From the NCBI RefSeq assembly GCF_003334405.1, contig NZ_QOWM01000004.1: a stretch of 64,000 nt of DNA; one strand, 5' to 3'. The stretch's first letter is position 1. Each line of letters begins with the position of its first letter. Source of the stretch: Escherichia coli. GTDB lineage: Bacteria; Pseudomonadota; Gammaproteobacteria; Enterobacterales; Enterobacteriaceae. Positions 10,773-21,338 of the stretch are shown piece after piece. The position numbers and the translations under genes were made by a program. The notes below the pieces were generated by a model. The model ran no database searches and was not told the origin of the DNA. It saw only the letters and a list, made by a program, of their open reading frames with translations.

Positions 10773-12527
10773 CGGAATAAACCAGTTCAGCCAACGTAAT
10801 GGCCATGGAAAACGGTGACGTCCTTCCTGTTGCGATGCTTGCGCGATACGTTCCTGGATGGTTTGCATCAGCGTCGTTTGGCCTTCGCCATCCCACACCA
10901 GATTTAATAATAACGGCAGTGCGTCAGTCACATCGTCTACTGCCCAGATGGTGAATTTGCCTTCTTCTACCGCTTTCACCAGTTCACTGTGAAGACTTAA
11001 ATGGCGAACGTTAGCTGTGGGGATAATGACACCTTGTTTCCCGGTTAACTCACGTTGCTGGCAAATAGCAAAGAAGCCTTCGATTTTCTCATTTAAACCA
11101 CCGACCGGCTGGGCGCGACCGAACTGATCGACTGAACCTGTGATAGCGATACTCTGATTCACCGGCACATCGGCGAGGGCGCTTATCAGGGCGCAGAGTT
11201 CAGCCATCGAGGCACTATCTCCATCAACTTCACTGTATGACTGCTCAAATGTCAGCGATGCTGAGAAGGGGATCTGTTGCTCAAGCTGTAGTTCCGACAT
11301 CAGGAACGCTTGCATGATCATCATCCCTTTCGCATGGATATTGCCGCCAAGCTCCGCTTTGCGTTCGATGTCGGTGAATTCACCATCGCCAATATGCACA
11401 ACGCAGCTAATGCGAGAAGGTTCGCCAAAAGCGCGTGGATGACCCGGAAATTCAATGACCGAAAGGGCGTTAATTTGCCCGATGCGTTCGCCTTCGGTTT
11501 CAATCAGGATTTGCTCCTGAAGGATCTCATCCTGCATACGTTCAGCGAGGAAACCTTCGCGCCATTCACGCTGCTGCAGCATTAAGTTTAGCTGCTCGCC
11601 GGAGAAGGTGTCGCCATCACACAGGGAGGCGACCTCTTTACACTGGCGGAGGATCCACTGCGGGCTAAGCGGAAGTGTTTCTTGTTCACCGGTGTAGCGT
11701 GCTGCTTCGCGGATAAGTATCGGCCAGGCATCCGCTCCCGGTGCAGGTAAGTGATTATGTCTGGCGGTAAATGTCACCCAGCGACACCACTGGGTTACTG
11801 ACTCCGCATCGACAATCTGCAGAGTATCTTCAAATTCGCTATAAATAGCCTGCTCTGAAAGCTCTGGCTCCATCTCCTGGAAATCAGCCAATGATTCGCG
11901 TTCGCCTACCAGAATGACTTTCAGCTTCAATGGCATCGAAGGCACAGAGACGGGGAGAGGGCGCGACTCATCAAACGCAACCCAGTCAAAACGCTCGCGG
12001 TTAACGATATTTTTCAGCCGCATCCACAGCAGAGGTTGCGCCAGCAGTGTACGCAAAGAGATAATGAGAATACCGCCATTTGCCTGATGCACCAGACCAG
12101 GCTGCAGGGTAATGTCGCCATTAAACTGGCGCAGGCAGCCAAAGAGTTGCTCCGCTTCTACCCAGTCGGCAGCGACAACTTGCGTTAAAGTCGCAAAATT
12201 ATCATCTGCACTCACTGCGTGACGTAAGCGGATGGAGTGGCCGGAAACCTCATAGTGACCGCCCACCAGTTGGCCTGCATCGCTTTGTAGCGTACGCGCG
12301 GCATTGGCAATAAGATTCAGATACTCAGACTCTTCCGGGGCCTTCGCCAGCATAAAAGAGGAGGATGCTCGCGTATGCAGCAACTGCTCCAGCGCAAATT
12401 GCAGCCGCGGTTGAGTATCACTGAATAAAGGATCGTTTTCGTCAATCAAATGTGGCTGAGCAAATATTTCCTGATAGCTATCGGTATCAGGAACCAGGTC
12501 ACGCCATGCAAGTTTCGTAATGGTCAA
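10767..12527 (-). CDS. ycbZ: Lon-like protease YcbZ (LonH), no recognisable AAA+ module
   Basis: 586-aa ORF; C-terminal Lon proteolytic domain with Ser (DGDSAS) and Lys (GGLNEKIEG) dyad motifs; no GxxxxGK[ST] Walker A seen. Confidence 0.9.
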
Positions 12528-12712
12528 AGTTGATGTTTTTTAGCCTGTTGTCAAAGCCGCGATTATACCGTAACCGGCACTACAGCACACGTAGAAAGCA
12601 CCGACAATACTCCTGGCATGGGCGTTAAAGCTCACAGGATGGAGATTCTTTTCTTCACTGGCCTAAAAAGCTGATATTCTGTAAAGAGTTACACGGTAAC
12701 ATTGAGATCGCT

Positions 12713-13165
12713 ATGAAATATCAACAACTTGAAAATCTTGAAAGCGGTTGGAAATGGAAGTATTTGGTTAAGAAGCATCGCGAAGGGGAGTTAATCACCC
12801 GTTACATAGAAGCCAGTGCCGCCCAGGAAGCCGTCGATGTGTTGCTCTCGCTGGAAAATGAACCCGTGCTGGTAAATGGCTGGATTGACAAGCATATGAA
12901 TCCGGAACTGGTCAATCGCATGAAGCAAACCATTCGGGCAAGACGAAAGCGCCATTTTAATGCGGAACACCAGCATACGCGCAAAAAATCGATCGATCTG
13001 GAATTTATTGTCTGGCAACGTCTGGCTGGTCTTGCGCAGCGTCGCGGTAAAACGCTTTCTGAAACGATTGTTCAGCTGATTGAAGATGCGGAAAACAAAG
13101 AGAAATACGCGAATAAAATGTCTTCTCTGAAGCAGGATCTGCAGGCATTGCTGGGTAAGGAATAA
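12713..13165 (+). CDS. matP: Macrodomain Ter organiser MatP
   Basis: 150-aa [29 protein letters not shown]... Confidence 0.93.
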
Positions 13166-13193
13166 CTGACGAAAGTCAGTTCAATTTACTAAA

Positions 13194-13226
13194 GGCAAAA
13201 AAAACCCCGCAGCAGCGGGGTTTTTC
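13194..13226. terminator. Bidirectional intrinsic terminator between convergent matP and ompA
   Basis: A8-CCCCGC-AGCA-GCGGGG-T5 perfect hairpin flanked by A-run and T-run. Confidence 0.75.
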
Positions 13227-13240
13227 TACCAGACGAGAAC

Positions 13241-14281
13241 TTAAGCCTGCGGCTGAGTTACAACGTCTTTGATACCTTTAACTTCGATCTCTACGCGACG
13301 ATCCGGAGCCAGGCAGTCGATCAGTGCAGCACGCTGTTTCACGTTGTCACAGGTGTTGCCAGTAACCGGGTTGGATTCGCCCATACCACGTGCGGAGATC
13401 TTGTCTGCCGGGATACCTTTGGAGATCAGGTAATCAACAACAGACTGAGCACGGCGCTCGGACAGACCCTGGTTGTAAGCGTCAGAACCGATGCGGTCGG
13501 TGTAACCCAGAACAACTACGGAACCGTCTTTCGGATCCAGGTTGCTCAGCTGGCTGTACAGCTGATCCAGAGCAGCCTGACCTTCCGGTTTCAGGGTTGC
13601 TTTGTTGAAGTTGAACAGAACGTCAGACTTCAGAGTGAAGTGCTTGGTCTGTACTTCCGGTGCCGGAGCTGGAGCCGGAGCAACTACTGGAGCTGCTTCG
13701 CCCTGACCGAAACGGTAGGAAACACCCAGGCTCAGCATGCCGTTGTCCGGACGAGTGCCGATGGTGTGTGCGTCACCGATGTTGTTGGTCCACTGGTATT
13801 CCAGACGGGTAGCGATTTCAGGAGTGATCGCGTACTCAACACCGCCAGCGAAGACCGGAGAAACGCCGGTGTCGTGGTTTTTACCATAAACGTTGGATTT
13901 AGTGTCTGCACGCCATACCATGCCACCCAGACGAGTGTAGATGTCCAGGTCGTCAGTGATTGGGTAACCCAGTTTAGCGGTCAGTTGAACGCCCTGAGCT
14001 TTGTATGCACCGTTTACAACGCTGCCTTTGTACGGCATACGACCTAACCAGTCGTAACCCATTTCAAAGCCAACATACGGGTTAACCTGGTAACCACCAA
14101 AAGCACCAGCGCCCAGTTGGTTTTCATGGGTCGGGCCATTGTTGTTGATGAAACCAGTGTCATGGTACTGGGACCAGCCCAGTTTAGCACCAGTGTACCA
14201 GGTGTTATCTTTCGGAGCGGCCTGCGCTACGGTAGCGAAACCAGCCAGTGCCACTGCAATCGCGATAGCTGTCTTTTTCAT
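13241..14281 (-). CDS. ompA: Outer membrane protein A
   Basis: ORF 13241..14353 trimmed to the Met at 14281 ([21 protein letters not shown] signal peptide), 346 aa; APAPAPAP hinge and C-terminal OmpA peptidoglycan-binding domain. Confidence 0.96.
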   Translation of the reverse strand: MKKTAIAIAVALAGFATVAQAAPKDNTWYTGAKLGWSQYHDTGFINNNGPTHENQLGAGAFGGYQVNPYVGFEMGYDWLGRMPYKGSVVNGAYKAQGVQLTAKLGYPITDDLDIYTRLGGMVWRADTKSNVYGKNHDTGVSPVFAGGVEYAITPEIATRLEYQWTNNIGDAHTIGTRPDNGMLSLGVSYRFGQGEAAPVVAPAPAPAPEVQTKHFTLKSDVLFNFNKATLKPEGQAALDQLYSQLSNLDPKDGSVVVLGYTDRIGSDAYNQGLSERRAQSVVDYLISKGIPADKISARGMGESNPVTGNTCDNVKQRAALIDCLAPDRRVEIEVKGIKDVVTQPQA

Positions 14282-14414
14282 TTTTTGCGCCTCGTTATCA
14301 TCCAAAATACGCCATGAATATCTCCAACGAGATAACACGGTTAAATCCTTCACCGGGGGATCTGCTCAATATTAACTCTACCGATATCTTCGGCTTATGC
14401 CGAGCACCCCTGGC
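14282..14414 (-). promoter_or_regulatory. ompA long 5' leader region (approximate), known target of small-RNA regulation
   Basis: Placement is inference from the long non-coding stretch upstream of the ompA start plus established knowledge of the ompA leader; boundaries not verifiable here. Confidence 0.4.
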
Positions 14415-14637
14415 GATGTAAAGTCTACAACGTAGTTGAAAACTTACAAGTGTGAACTCCGTCAGGCATATGAAAAAAAAGTCTTGTATAAGGTATGTTT
14501 AATCTTTTTTGTCAGCGACAATTTACAGAAGAGAATCGCGGAAACCGCTTCAGACAAGCCTCCGCAAGGAAAATTAGTCACGACTGAAAGCATTGGCTGG
14601 GCGACAAAAAAAGTTCCAGGATTAATCCTAAATTTAC

Positions 14638-15147
14638 TTAATGATACAAATTAGAGTGAATTTTTAGCCCGGAAAGTTGTCTCGTGGCGTGAGAGGATGC
14701 GCTTACCGGACGCATAATAAACCCCATAGCGTTACCTTCATTTGCCGCATCAACAAGTTCAGCATGCTCTTCTTCAGTCAAATCATCTGCCAACCAACCG
14801 ATCACCACACTGTAATTGCCCGTGCGTAAAGCGCGAACCATTGACTCCACAGTGTGGCAAGGGGAGAGCTGGCTAATCTGCATTACTTTCGTTAAGGGTA
14901 GCCCAGATGCCTGAACCCATTCCCGACTCAGTTTTTGTTGCGGTGTTAACCAGAGTTGCCAGCGCGATTGCTGACCGAGTTGCTGTAACAATGGCAACAG
15001 TAGAAGTTGCGTCATCATGGGCTGATCTTCGCGATAGACAACTTCACTGATAAGCCCGGCTGTAGTGTTTTCCGTAGAGACACGCGCAATTTTACTTGCT
15101 GCGGATGAGAACGACGAAGAACGATGTGCATAGCCTGAAGTGTACAT
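14638..15147 (-). CDS. sulA: SOS cell-division inhibitor SulA
   Basis: ORF 14638..15153 trimmed to [13 protein letters not shown] (169 aa). Confidence 0.93.
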
Positions 15148-15169
15148 AATCAATCCAGCCCCTGTGAGT

Positions 15170-15189
15170 TACTGTATGGATGTACAGTA
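15170..15189 (-). promoter_or_regulatory. LexA operator (SOS box) of sulA
   Basis: Exact 20-bp palindrome TACTGTATGGATGTACAGTA (CTGT-N8-ACAG) just upstream of the sulA start. Confidence 0.9.
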
Positions 15190-15365
15190 CATCCAGTGAC
15201 AACAAAGATCAACCCTATTTTCGGAAAGAGCCTCGCAAATTTTGTCGTTGGTGACGGGAAAACATAAATTAATCTTGCCCCTTAAGAATAAGTTGCCTAT
15301 TTTCGTAGTTAACGGATCCGTTAATGTGAATCATTCTTTTATGTTATGATTTTAAAAGGAATTTT

Positions 15366-15995
15366 ATGAAAAGCCTCTCCTATAAGCGGATCTATAAATC
15401 ACAAGAATACCTGGCAACGTTGGGCACAATTGAATACCGATCATTGTTTGGCAGTTACAGCCTGACCGTTGACGACACGGTGTTTGCGATGGTTTCTGAT
15501 GGTGAGTTGTATCTTCGGGCTTGTGAGCAAAGTGCACAGTACTGTGTAAAACATCCGCCTGTCTGGCTGACATATAAAAAGTGTGGCCGATCCGTTACCC
15601 TCAATTACTATCGGGTTGATGAAAGTCTATGGCGAAATCAACTGAAGCTGGTGCGTCTGTCGAAATATTCTCTCGATGCAGCGCTGAAAGAGAAAAGCAC
15701 GCGCAATACCCGGGAAAGACTGAAAGATTTGCCCAATATGTCTTTTCATCTGGAAGCGATTCTCGGGGAGGTGGGGATTAAGGATGTACGGGCGTTACGT
15801 ATACTTGGGGCAAAAATGTGTTGGTTGCGACTGCGGCAGCAAAACAGTCTGGTGACAGAAAAGATTCTGTTTATGCTTGAAGGTGCCATTATCGGCATTC
15901 ATGAAGCTGCGCTCCCGGTGGCACGCCGCCAGGAGCTTGCAGAATGGGCTGACTCTCTTACGCCGAAACAGGAGTTTCCTGCGGAACTTGAGTAA
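15366..15995 (+). CDS. sxy: Competence regulator Sxy (TfoX)
   Basis: 209-aa ORF MKSLSYKRIYKSQEYLATLG... Confidence 0.92.
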   Translation: MKSLSYKRIYKSQEYLATLGTIEYRSLFGSYSLTVDDTVFAMVSDGELYLRACEQSAQYCVKHPPVWLTYKKCGRSVTLNYYRVDESLWRNQLKLVRLSKYSLDAALKEKSTRNTRERLKDLPNMSFHLEAILGEVGIKDVRALRILGAKMCWLRLRQQNSLVTEKILFMLEGAIIGIHEAALPVARRQELAEWADSLTPKQEFPAELE

Positions 15996-18111
15996 TCTGG
16001 CGTTGCAGACGACCAATCTCAGGCAGTAATGCAATCAATAATCCAACTTGTTGTACGACCAGAGGTTCTTTGCTGTCTGCCCGTGGTTCAAGTTGCTGCA
16101 TCCGCTGTTTCAGGCTAGCTAATGCCTCATTGACGCGTTCTTCATCAGCAGGTTGATGATGTAACGCGTCATCAACATAGCAAACTGCGTCATCAAGAAA
16201 CGCCAGAATTTCAGGATTAGTTAACTGCTCCCGGTGAGCACCGAGGGCTGAGATATAGCTGGTAAACGTATGGTTAAGGCACAGCAACCGAAACGCGGCT
16301 TCGCGAATTTGCGGGGTAACGTTCGGCTCGCTGGACATATTTGATACCACCGACGCCAGCTCAGCATCACGGTTGTGTGCATCGCGGCGGGCAATACGAT
16401 ACGCCAGACGGTTATCACGCCCCTGATGGTATTGCTCCAGTATGGCATCGAGATACCGACAGTTGGCCTCTGTGGCGCGTTCGAGCATGCGCGGCAGATT
16501 GCGAAACTGCCAGTCAGGCCAGATGTAGCTCACTGCCGCCCACGCAATGGCACAACCAATCAGCGTATCGATTACGCGAGGTAACGCTACTTCAAAACCT
16601 TCACCCAGTAAGTTAAAACACAGTAGCACCAAAAGTGTGATGAACATCGTTGCATGAGCGTATTGCACGTTACGGAAGGCAAAAAAGAGCACGCCGGTAA
16701 TAACCAGCAGCACCAGCTGCCCTTCCAGTGATGGCACAAACCACAGCACAGGAATGCCAATGGCGATACCTACCAGCGTACCAATAATCCTTAACTTCAG
16801 GCGGTGGCGCGTGGCGTTATAGTTTGGCTGGCAGACAAACAAACTTGTCAGCAAGATCCAATACCCGTGATGCATTCCGGTTATCTGAATGATGGCGTAG
16901 CCGAAGCACAACACCAGCGACATTCTTACCGCATGACGGAAGAGGGCGGATTCCGGCGTGAAGTGACGGCTAAGACGCAGCCAGATATCACTCAACCCGT
17001 GCGGGCTGTCATCAGCGAGCTCATTTTCGTCATTATTATGGGGTAGTGCCTGGGCCTGTTCTGATTCAATTGTTGCCAGTTGGGCATCAATGGCGCGTAA
17101 ATTGTTCAGCAAAAATCCCAGTGTTTTGAGTAAATCGGCGGGTGCGCCGTTATCGCGCATCCGCTCCAGCGCAGCATCAATATGCGTAAAAGCGCGCTCA
17201 AAATGCGGATCATGTTGATAAGGCTGACGCAACAAAATACAGCGTGACAGTTGCTGGCACGCCTGGCCCTGCATCGACATCAGCCGCTGAAAACGGAACA
17301 GCACGTCGCTGTGGCGAAAATGTTCACGCAATGTTTGATACTGAATATGAGAAGAGCTGGCACGCTCGTGAATATCCTGTGCGACAAAGTAATAATGCAG
17401 CGTGCGACGCGTTCCCCGTTGACCACGATCGCCACGTAAGCGGGTCAGCAGCGAGAGTTTCGTCTGATTCAATGTCGCCATCAGCAGACCGTTGGCGAGA
17501 GCCAAATCGTACAGCGGTGCCTGGCTTTGATCTTCAATATCAGGATCAAACATGCGCGACTTGAGCTCAAGATAACGCGCCAGTTGTTCATAGCAACGCG
17601 CCAGGTTGTCCTGCAGCGGGCGGACCGGGAACAGCAGATGACCAATAAGTGTCAGGACGTTGTACCAGACGGCACCGGCCAGCAGATACATCGGCTGCTG
17701 ATACCAGTGCTCATACAGTGATGTTCCCAACATAGTGTAAATGGCGATCAGCAATGCACCGAAGGCAATTGTTGCATAGCGTTGACCCAGACCGCCGAGC
17801 AAAATGAAGCCGCTGGTAGAGAGCGTTAAGCCAATCGCAAATAGCCAGGGCCAGGGAAACAGCAATTCTACTGAGGCCGAGGCGATAAAAAAGCAGAACA
17901 GCGTAATGATGAGGTTACGCAAACGTCCCGCCAGTCGGTCATCGAGATCGGTCAGCGCCGCTGCCACCATCCCCAGCGTTAGCGGAATCGTCAGTTTTAC
18001 ATCACCCAGCCACCACGGAAACGCTGTGGTTCCACAAAGCGCAATAAAAATACGCGCGTAATACAGCCAGGCGCTGTTCCAGGTATAGCGTTTGAGCAAA
18101 GGACTTAGCAT
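15958..18111 (-). CDS. yccS: Inner-membrane protein YccS (FUSC-like putative efflux protein)
   Basis: ORF 15958..18120 (720 aa); start placed at MLSPLLKRYTW to give the 717 aa I recall, but the 18120 start is possible; multiple hydrophobic segments in both halves. Confidence 0.85.
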   Translation of the reverse strand: MLSPLLKRYTWNSAWLYYARIFIALCGTTAFPWWLGDVKLTIPLTLGMVAAALTDLDDRLAGRLRNLIITLFCFFIASASVELLFPWPWLFAIGLTLSTSGFILLGGLGQRYATIAFGALLIAIYTMLGTSLYEHWYQQPMYLLAGAVWYNVLTLIGHLLFPVRPLQDNLARCYEQLARYLELKSRMFDPDIEDQSQAPLYDLALANGLLMATLNQTKLSLLTRLRGDRGQRGTRRTLHYYFVAQDIHERASSSHIQYQTLREHFRHSDVLFRFQRLMSMQGQACQQLSRCILLRQPYQHDPHFERAFTHIDAALERMRDNGAPADLLKTLGFLLNNLRAIDAQLATIESEQAQALPHNNDENELADDSPHGLSDIWLRLSRHFTPESALFRHAVRMSLVLCFGYAIIQITGMHHGYWILLTSLFVCQPNYNATRHRLKLRIIGTLVGIAIGIPVLWFVPSLEGQLVLLVITGVLFFAFRNVQYAHATMFITLLVLLCFNLLGEGFEVALPRVIDTLIGCAIAWAAVSYIWPDWQFRNLPRMLERATEANCRYLDAILEQYHQGRDNRLAYRIARRDAHNRDAELASVVSNMSSEPNVTPQIREAAFRLLCLNHTFTSYISALGAHREQLTNPEILAFLDDAVCYVDDALHHQPADEERVNEALASLKQRMQQLEPRADSKEPLVVQQVGLLIALLPEIGRLQRQITQVPQETPVSA

Positions 18112-18129
18112 AAAGGCCATATTAGTGGA

Positions 18130-18576
18130 TTATTCAAAACGACGACGTGCATTGGCTTCACGCGCAGCTTGCGCTGTTTCTACCGATACCACGCGACGAC
18201 CAACCGGCCATAGTGCAATAGCGGCAATTTTAAAGTTCGCAATGCCGACAGGAATGCCAATGATTGAAATACATTGTGCGATGCCCGTTGCAATGTGCAT
18301 CAGGCATAACCACCAGCCAAAGAAAATCAGCCAGAAAATATTCAATACCGTACCGCCAGTATTCAGCAGCACATTTTTGCCAGCCGGGTTCAGTTCATCG
18401 ACATGAATAGCTTCATTGCCATAAGGCACCAGAGACAGTTTAGTGATCTCCCAGCAGGATCGTGTCAGCGGTAAGGTAAAAATCAGCACAATACTGACCA
18501 GAGTCGCCAACAGCCAGCCCAGAGTGGTGGCAAATCCGCCAAGCACAAAGTTCAGAATGTTCAAAACGGTACGCAT
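18130..18576 (-). CDS. yccF: Inner-membrane protein YccF
   Basis: 148-aa hydrophobic ORF immediately upstream of yccS on the same strand. Confidence 0.9.
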   Translation of the reverse strand: MRTVLNILNFVLGGFATTLGWLLATLVSIVLIFTLPLTRSCWEITKLSLVPYGNEAIHVDELNPAGKNVLLNTGGTVLNIFWLIFFGWWLCLMHIATGIAQCISIIGIPVGIANFKIAAIALWPVGRRVVSVETAQAAREANARRRFE

Positions 18577-18698
18577 AAAACCTCGCTTTACTGTGGTTTT
18601 CAGTAATGGGCGGCAATTGTAACGTTTTTTTGGGCTGGAGCACGTTTTCTCTGACGGTTACACTGATAAGAAATAATTTCGTGTGGATCTACAGAGTC

Positions 18699-20753
18699 AT
18701 GGAACTGAAAGCGACAACGCTTGGAAAACGTCTGGCACAGCACCCTTACGATCGGGCGGTGATCCTCAATGCCGGGATTAAAGTCTCCGGCGATCGCCAC
18801 GAATACCTTATTCCTTTCAATCAATTACTGGCGATTCACTGTAAGCGCGGTCTGGTATGGGGCGAGCTGGAATTTGTACTGCCGGACGAAAAAGTGGTGC
18901 GTCTGCACGGCACCGAATGGGGCGAGACGCAGCGTTTTTACCATCATCTTGATGCTCACTGGCGGCGGTGGAGTGGCGAGATGAGCGAAATTGCGTCTGG
19001 TGTTTTACGCCAGCAACTGGATTTGATTGCCACGCGCACTGGGGAAAATAAATGGCTGACGCGTGAGCAAACCTCTGGCGTGCAGCAACAAATCCGCCAG
19101 GCTTTGTCGGCGTTGCCGTTGCCGGTTAACCGACTGGAAGAATTCGATAACTGCCGTGAGGCGTGGCGTAAATGTCAGGCCTGGTTGAAAGATATTGAAA
19201 GCGCTCGGTTGCAGCATAACCAGGCGTATACCGAAGCCATGCTTACCGAGTATGCGGATTTTTTCCGCCAGGTCGAGTCTTCACCGCTGAATCCGGCGCA
19301 GGCCCGGGCAGTCGTTAATGGCGAGCATTCTCTGTTAGTGCTGGCAGGTGCAGGAAGCGGAAAAACGTCGGTGCTGGTGGCCCGTGCAGGCTGGTTGCTG
19401 GCGCGTGGTGAAGCGTCCCCTGAGCAAATTTTATTGCTGGCGTTTGGTCGCAAAGCCGCTGAAGAGATGGACGAGCGGATTCGCGAACGGCTACATACCG
19501 AAGACATTACCGCACGCACGTTTCATGCGCTGGCGCTGCATATTATTCAGCAGGGCAGCAAAAAAGTTCCGATAGTCAGCAAACTGGAAAATGATACCGC
19601 TGCCCGTCATGAACTCTTTATTGCTGAGTGGCGCAAGCAATGCAGCGAAAAGAAAGCGCAGGCGAAGGGCTGGCGGCAATGGCTGACGGAAGAAATGCAG
19701 TGGTCAGTGCCAGAAGGTAACTTCTGGGATGATGAAAAATTACAGCGTCGCCTTGCCTCTCGCCTCGATCGCTGGGTAAGTCTGATGCGGATGCACGGTG
19801 GTGCACAGGCAGAAATGATTGCCAGTGCACCCGAAGAGATTCGCGATCTGTTCAGTAAACGTATCAAGTTGATGGCCCCGTTATTAAAAGCCTGGAAAGG
19901 TGCGCTGAAGGCAGAAAACGCTGTCGATTTTTCGGGCCTTATTCATCAGGCGATTGTGATTCTGGAGAAAGGTCGCTTTATCAGCCCGTGGAAGCATATT
20001 CTGGTTGATGAATTTCAGGATATCTCGCCGCAGCGGGCAGCGTTGTTAGCGGCATTACGCAAGCAAAACAGTCAGACGACGTTGTTCGCTGTTGGTGATG
20101 ACTGGCAGGCGATTTACCGATTCAGCGGTGCGCAAATGTCGCTCACCACCGCTTTCCATGAAAACTTTGGTGAAGGCGAACGCTGTGATTTAGACACGAC
20201 TTACCGTTTTAACAGTCGTATCGGTGAGGTGGCAAACCGGTTTATTCAGCAGAACCCAGGCCAGCTGAAAAAGCCGCTAAACAGCTTAACCAATGGAGAC
20301 AAAAAAGCCGTCACGTTATTGGATGAGAGTCAACTTGACGCTTTGCTGGATAAGCTCTCTGGTTATGCCAAACCGGAAGAGCGCATTCTGATCCTGGCGC
20401 GTTACCATCACATGAGGCCTGCCAGCCTGGAAAAAGCGGCAACACGCTGGCCGAAGTTGCAAATCGACTTTATGACCATTCATGCCAGCAAAGGGCAACA
20501 GGCGGATTACGTCATCATCGTTGGCTTGCAGGAGGGAAGTGATGGTTTTCCGGCTGCGGCGCGGGAGTCGATTATGGAAGAGGCGCTACTGCCACCGGTT
20601 GAGGATTTCCCGGACGCTGAAGAACGGCGGTTAATGTACGTGGCGCTGACCCGGGCACGCCATCGGGTATGGGCACTGTTTAACAAAGAGAATCCCTCTC
20701 CCTTTGTGGAAATACTGAAAAATCTGGATGTGCCGGTGGCGAGAAAACCGTAA
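18699..20753 (+). CDS. helD: DNA helicase IV
   Basis: ORF 18606..20753 trimmed to MELKATTLGKRLAQ (684 aa); UvrD-like Walker A GAGSGKTS. Confidence 0.93.
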   Translation: MELKATTLGKRLAQHPYDRAVILNAGIKVSGDRHEYLIPFNQLLAIHCKRGLVWGELEFVLPDEKVVRLHGTEWGETQRFYHHLDAHWRRWSGEMSEIASGVLRQQLDLIATRTGENKWLTREQTSGVQQQIRQALSALPLPVNRLEEFDNCREAWRKCQAWLKDIESARLQHNQAYTEAMLTEYADFFRQVESSPLNPAQARAVVNGEHSLLVLAGAGSGKTSVLVARAGWLLARGEASPEQILLLAFGRKAAEEMDERIRERLHTEDITARTFHALALHIIQQGSKKVPIVSKLENDTAARHELFIAEWRKQCSEKKAQAKGWRQWLTEEMQWSVPEGNFWDDEKLQRRLASRLDRWVSLMRMHGGAQAEMIASAPEEIRDLFSKRIKLMAPLLKAWKGALKAENAVDFSGLIHQAIVILEKGRFISPWKHILVDEFQDISPQRAALLAALRKQNSQTTLFAVGDDWQAIYRFSGAQMSLTTAFHENFGEGERCDLDTTYRFNSRIGEVANRFIQQNPGQLKKPLNSLTNGDKKAVTLLDESQLDALLDKLSGYAKPEERILILARYHHMRPASLEKAATRWPKLQIDFMTIHASKGQQADYVIIVGLQEGSDGFPAAARESIMEEALLPPVEDFPDAEERRLMYVALTRARHRVWALFNKENPSPFVEILKNLDVPVARKP

Positions 20754-20754
20754 G

Positions 20755-20780
20755 AAACAGGTGGCGTTTGCCACCTGTGC
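20755..20780. terminator. Hairpin between convergent helD and mgsA
   Basis: CAGGTGGC-GTTT-GCCACCTG perfect stem; weak U-tract. Confidence 0.4.
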
Positions 20781-20784
20781 AATA

Positions 20785-21243
20785 TTACTTCAGACGGTCC
20801 GCGAGATAACGCTGATAATCGGGGATCAGAATATCGACCGCGTCGTTGAAATGCGGCGACTGGATTATGAAGTCTGCCGTTGCCACGTTGGTGGCGACCG
20901 GAATGTTCCATACCGTCGCCAGACGCAGCAAGGCTTTCACGTCAGGATCGTGCGGCACGGCATTTAGTGGATCCCAGAAGAAAATCAATACATCAATTTT
21001 CCCTTCTGAGATCAATGCGCCAACCTGCTGGTCACCCCCCATTGGGCCACTCAACATCGCGTTGACGTTCATGCCGGTCGCGCGGGAAATTAAGTTACCG
21101 GTAGTGCCTGTTGCATACAGTACGTGTTGTTCCAGTAACGGTTGATGCCGTTCCACCCAGCTCATCAGCATTTGTTTGCAGTGATCGTGTGCCACCAGCG
21201 CAATATGTTTCCGCGCAGGTAAAGTGCGAGTCGTCAGTTCCAT
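20785..21243 (-). CDS. mgsA: Methylglyoxal synthase
   Basis: ORF 20785..21252 trimmed to [20 protein letters not shown] (152 aa). Confidence 0.93.
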
Positions 21244-21338
21244 AATGTACATCCGTAGTTAACTTTCCTACAGATTACTGTAAGCACTTATCGCTGCAAG
21301 ATAAAGACCGAAAAAGCCTGCGCACAGGCACAAAAATC

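Noticed and set aside
14015-14017. OmpA codon reading Val (GTA) in the motif [10 protein letters not shown], where I recall the K-12 protein as KGSVENGAYK
   Set aside because: Rests only on my unverified memory of the reference sequence; ompA surface loops are naturally polymorphic and a single-nucleotide difference cannot be interpreted without an alignment.
14436-14654. 72-codon plus-strand ORF upstream of ompA
   Set aside because: Overlaps the sulA 3' end and lies opposite the ompA promoter/leader region; AT-rich with no ribosome-binding site.
18606-18698. N-terminal in-frame extensions in the ORF track (helD here; also zapC 144, pqiB 7427, fabA 10896, ompA 14353, yccU 22093, hspQ 23000, yccX 24079, tusE 24953, hyaA 26340, hyaF 30917, appA 34815, gfcE 40052, torC 51487, torD 55217, agp 59012, rutG 63404, rutF 63886)
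   Set aside because: The longest ORFs run upstream through the promoter or the neighbouring gene; internal Met codons give products whose N-termini and lengths match the known proteins.
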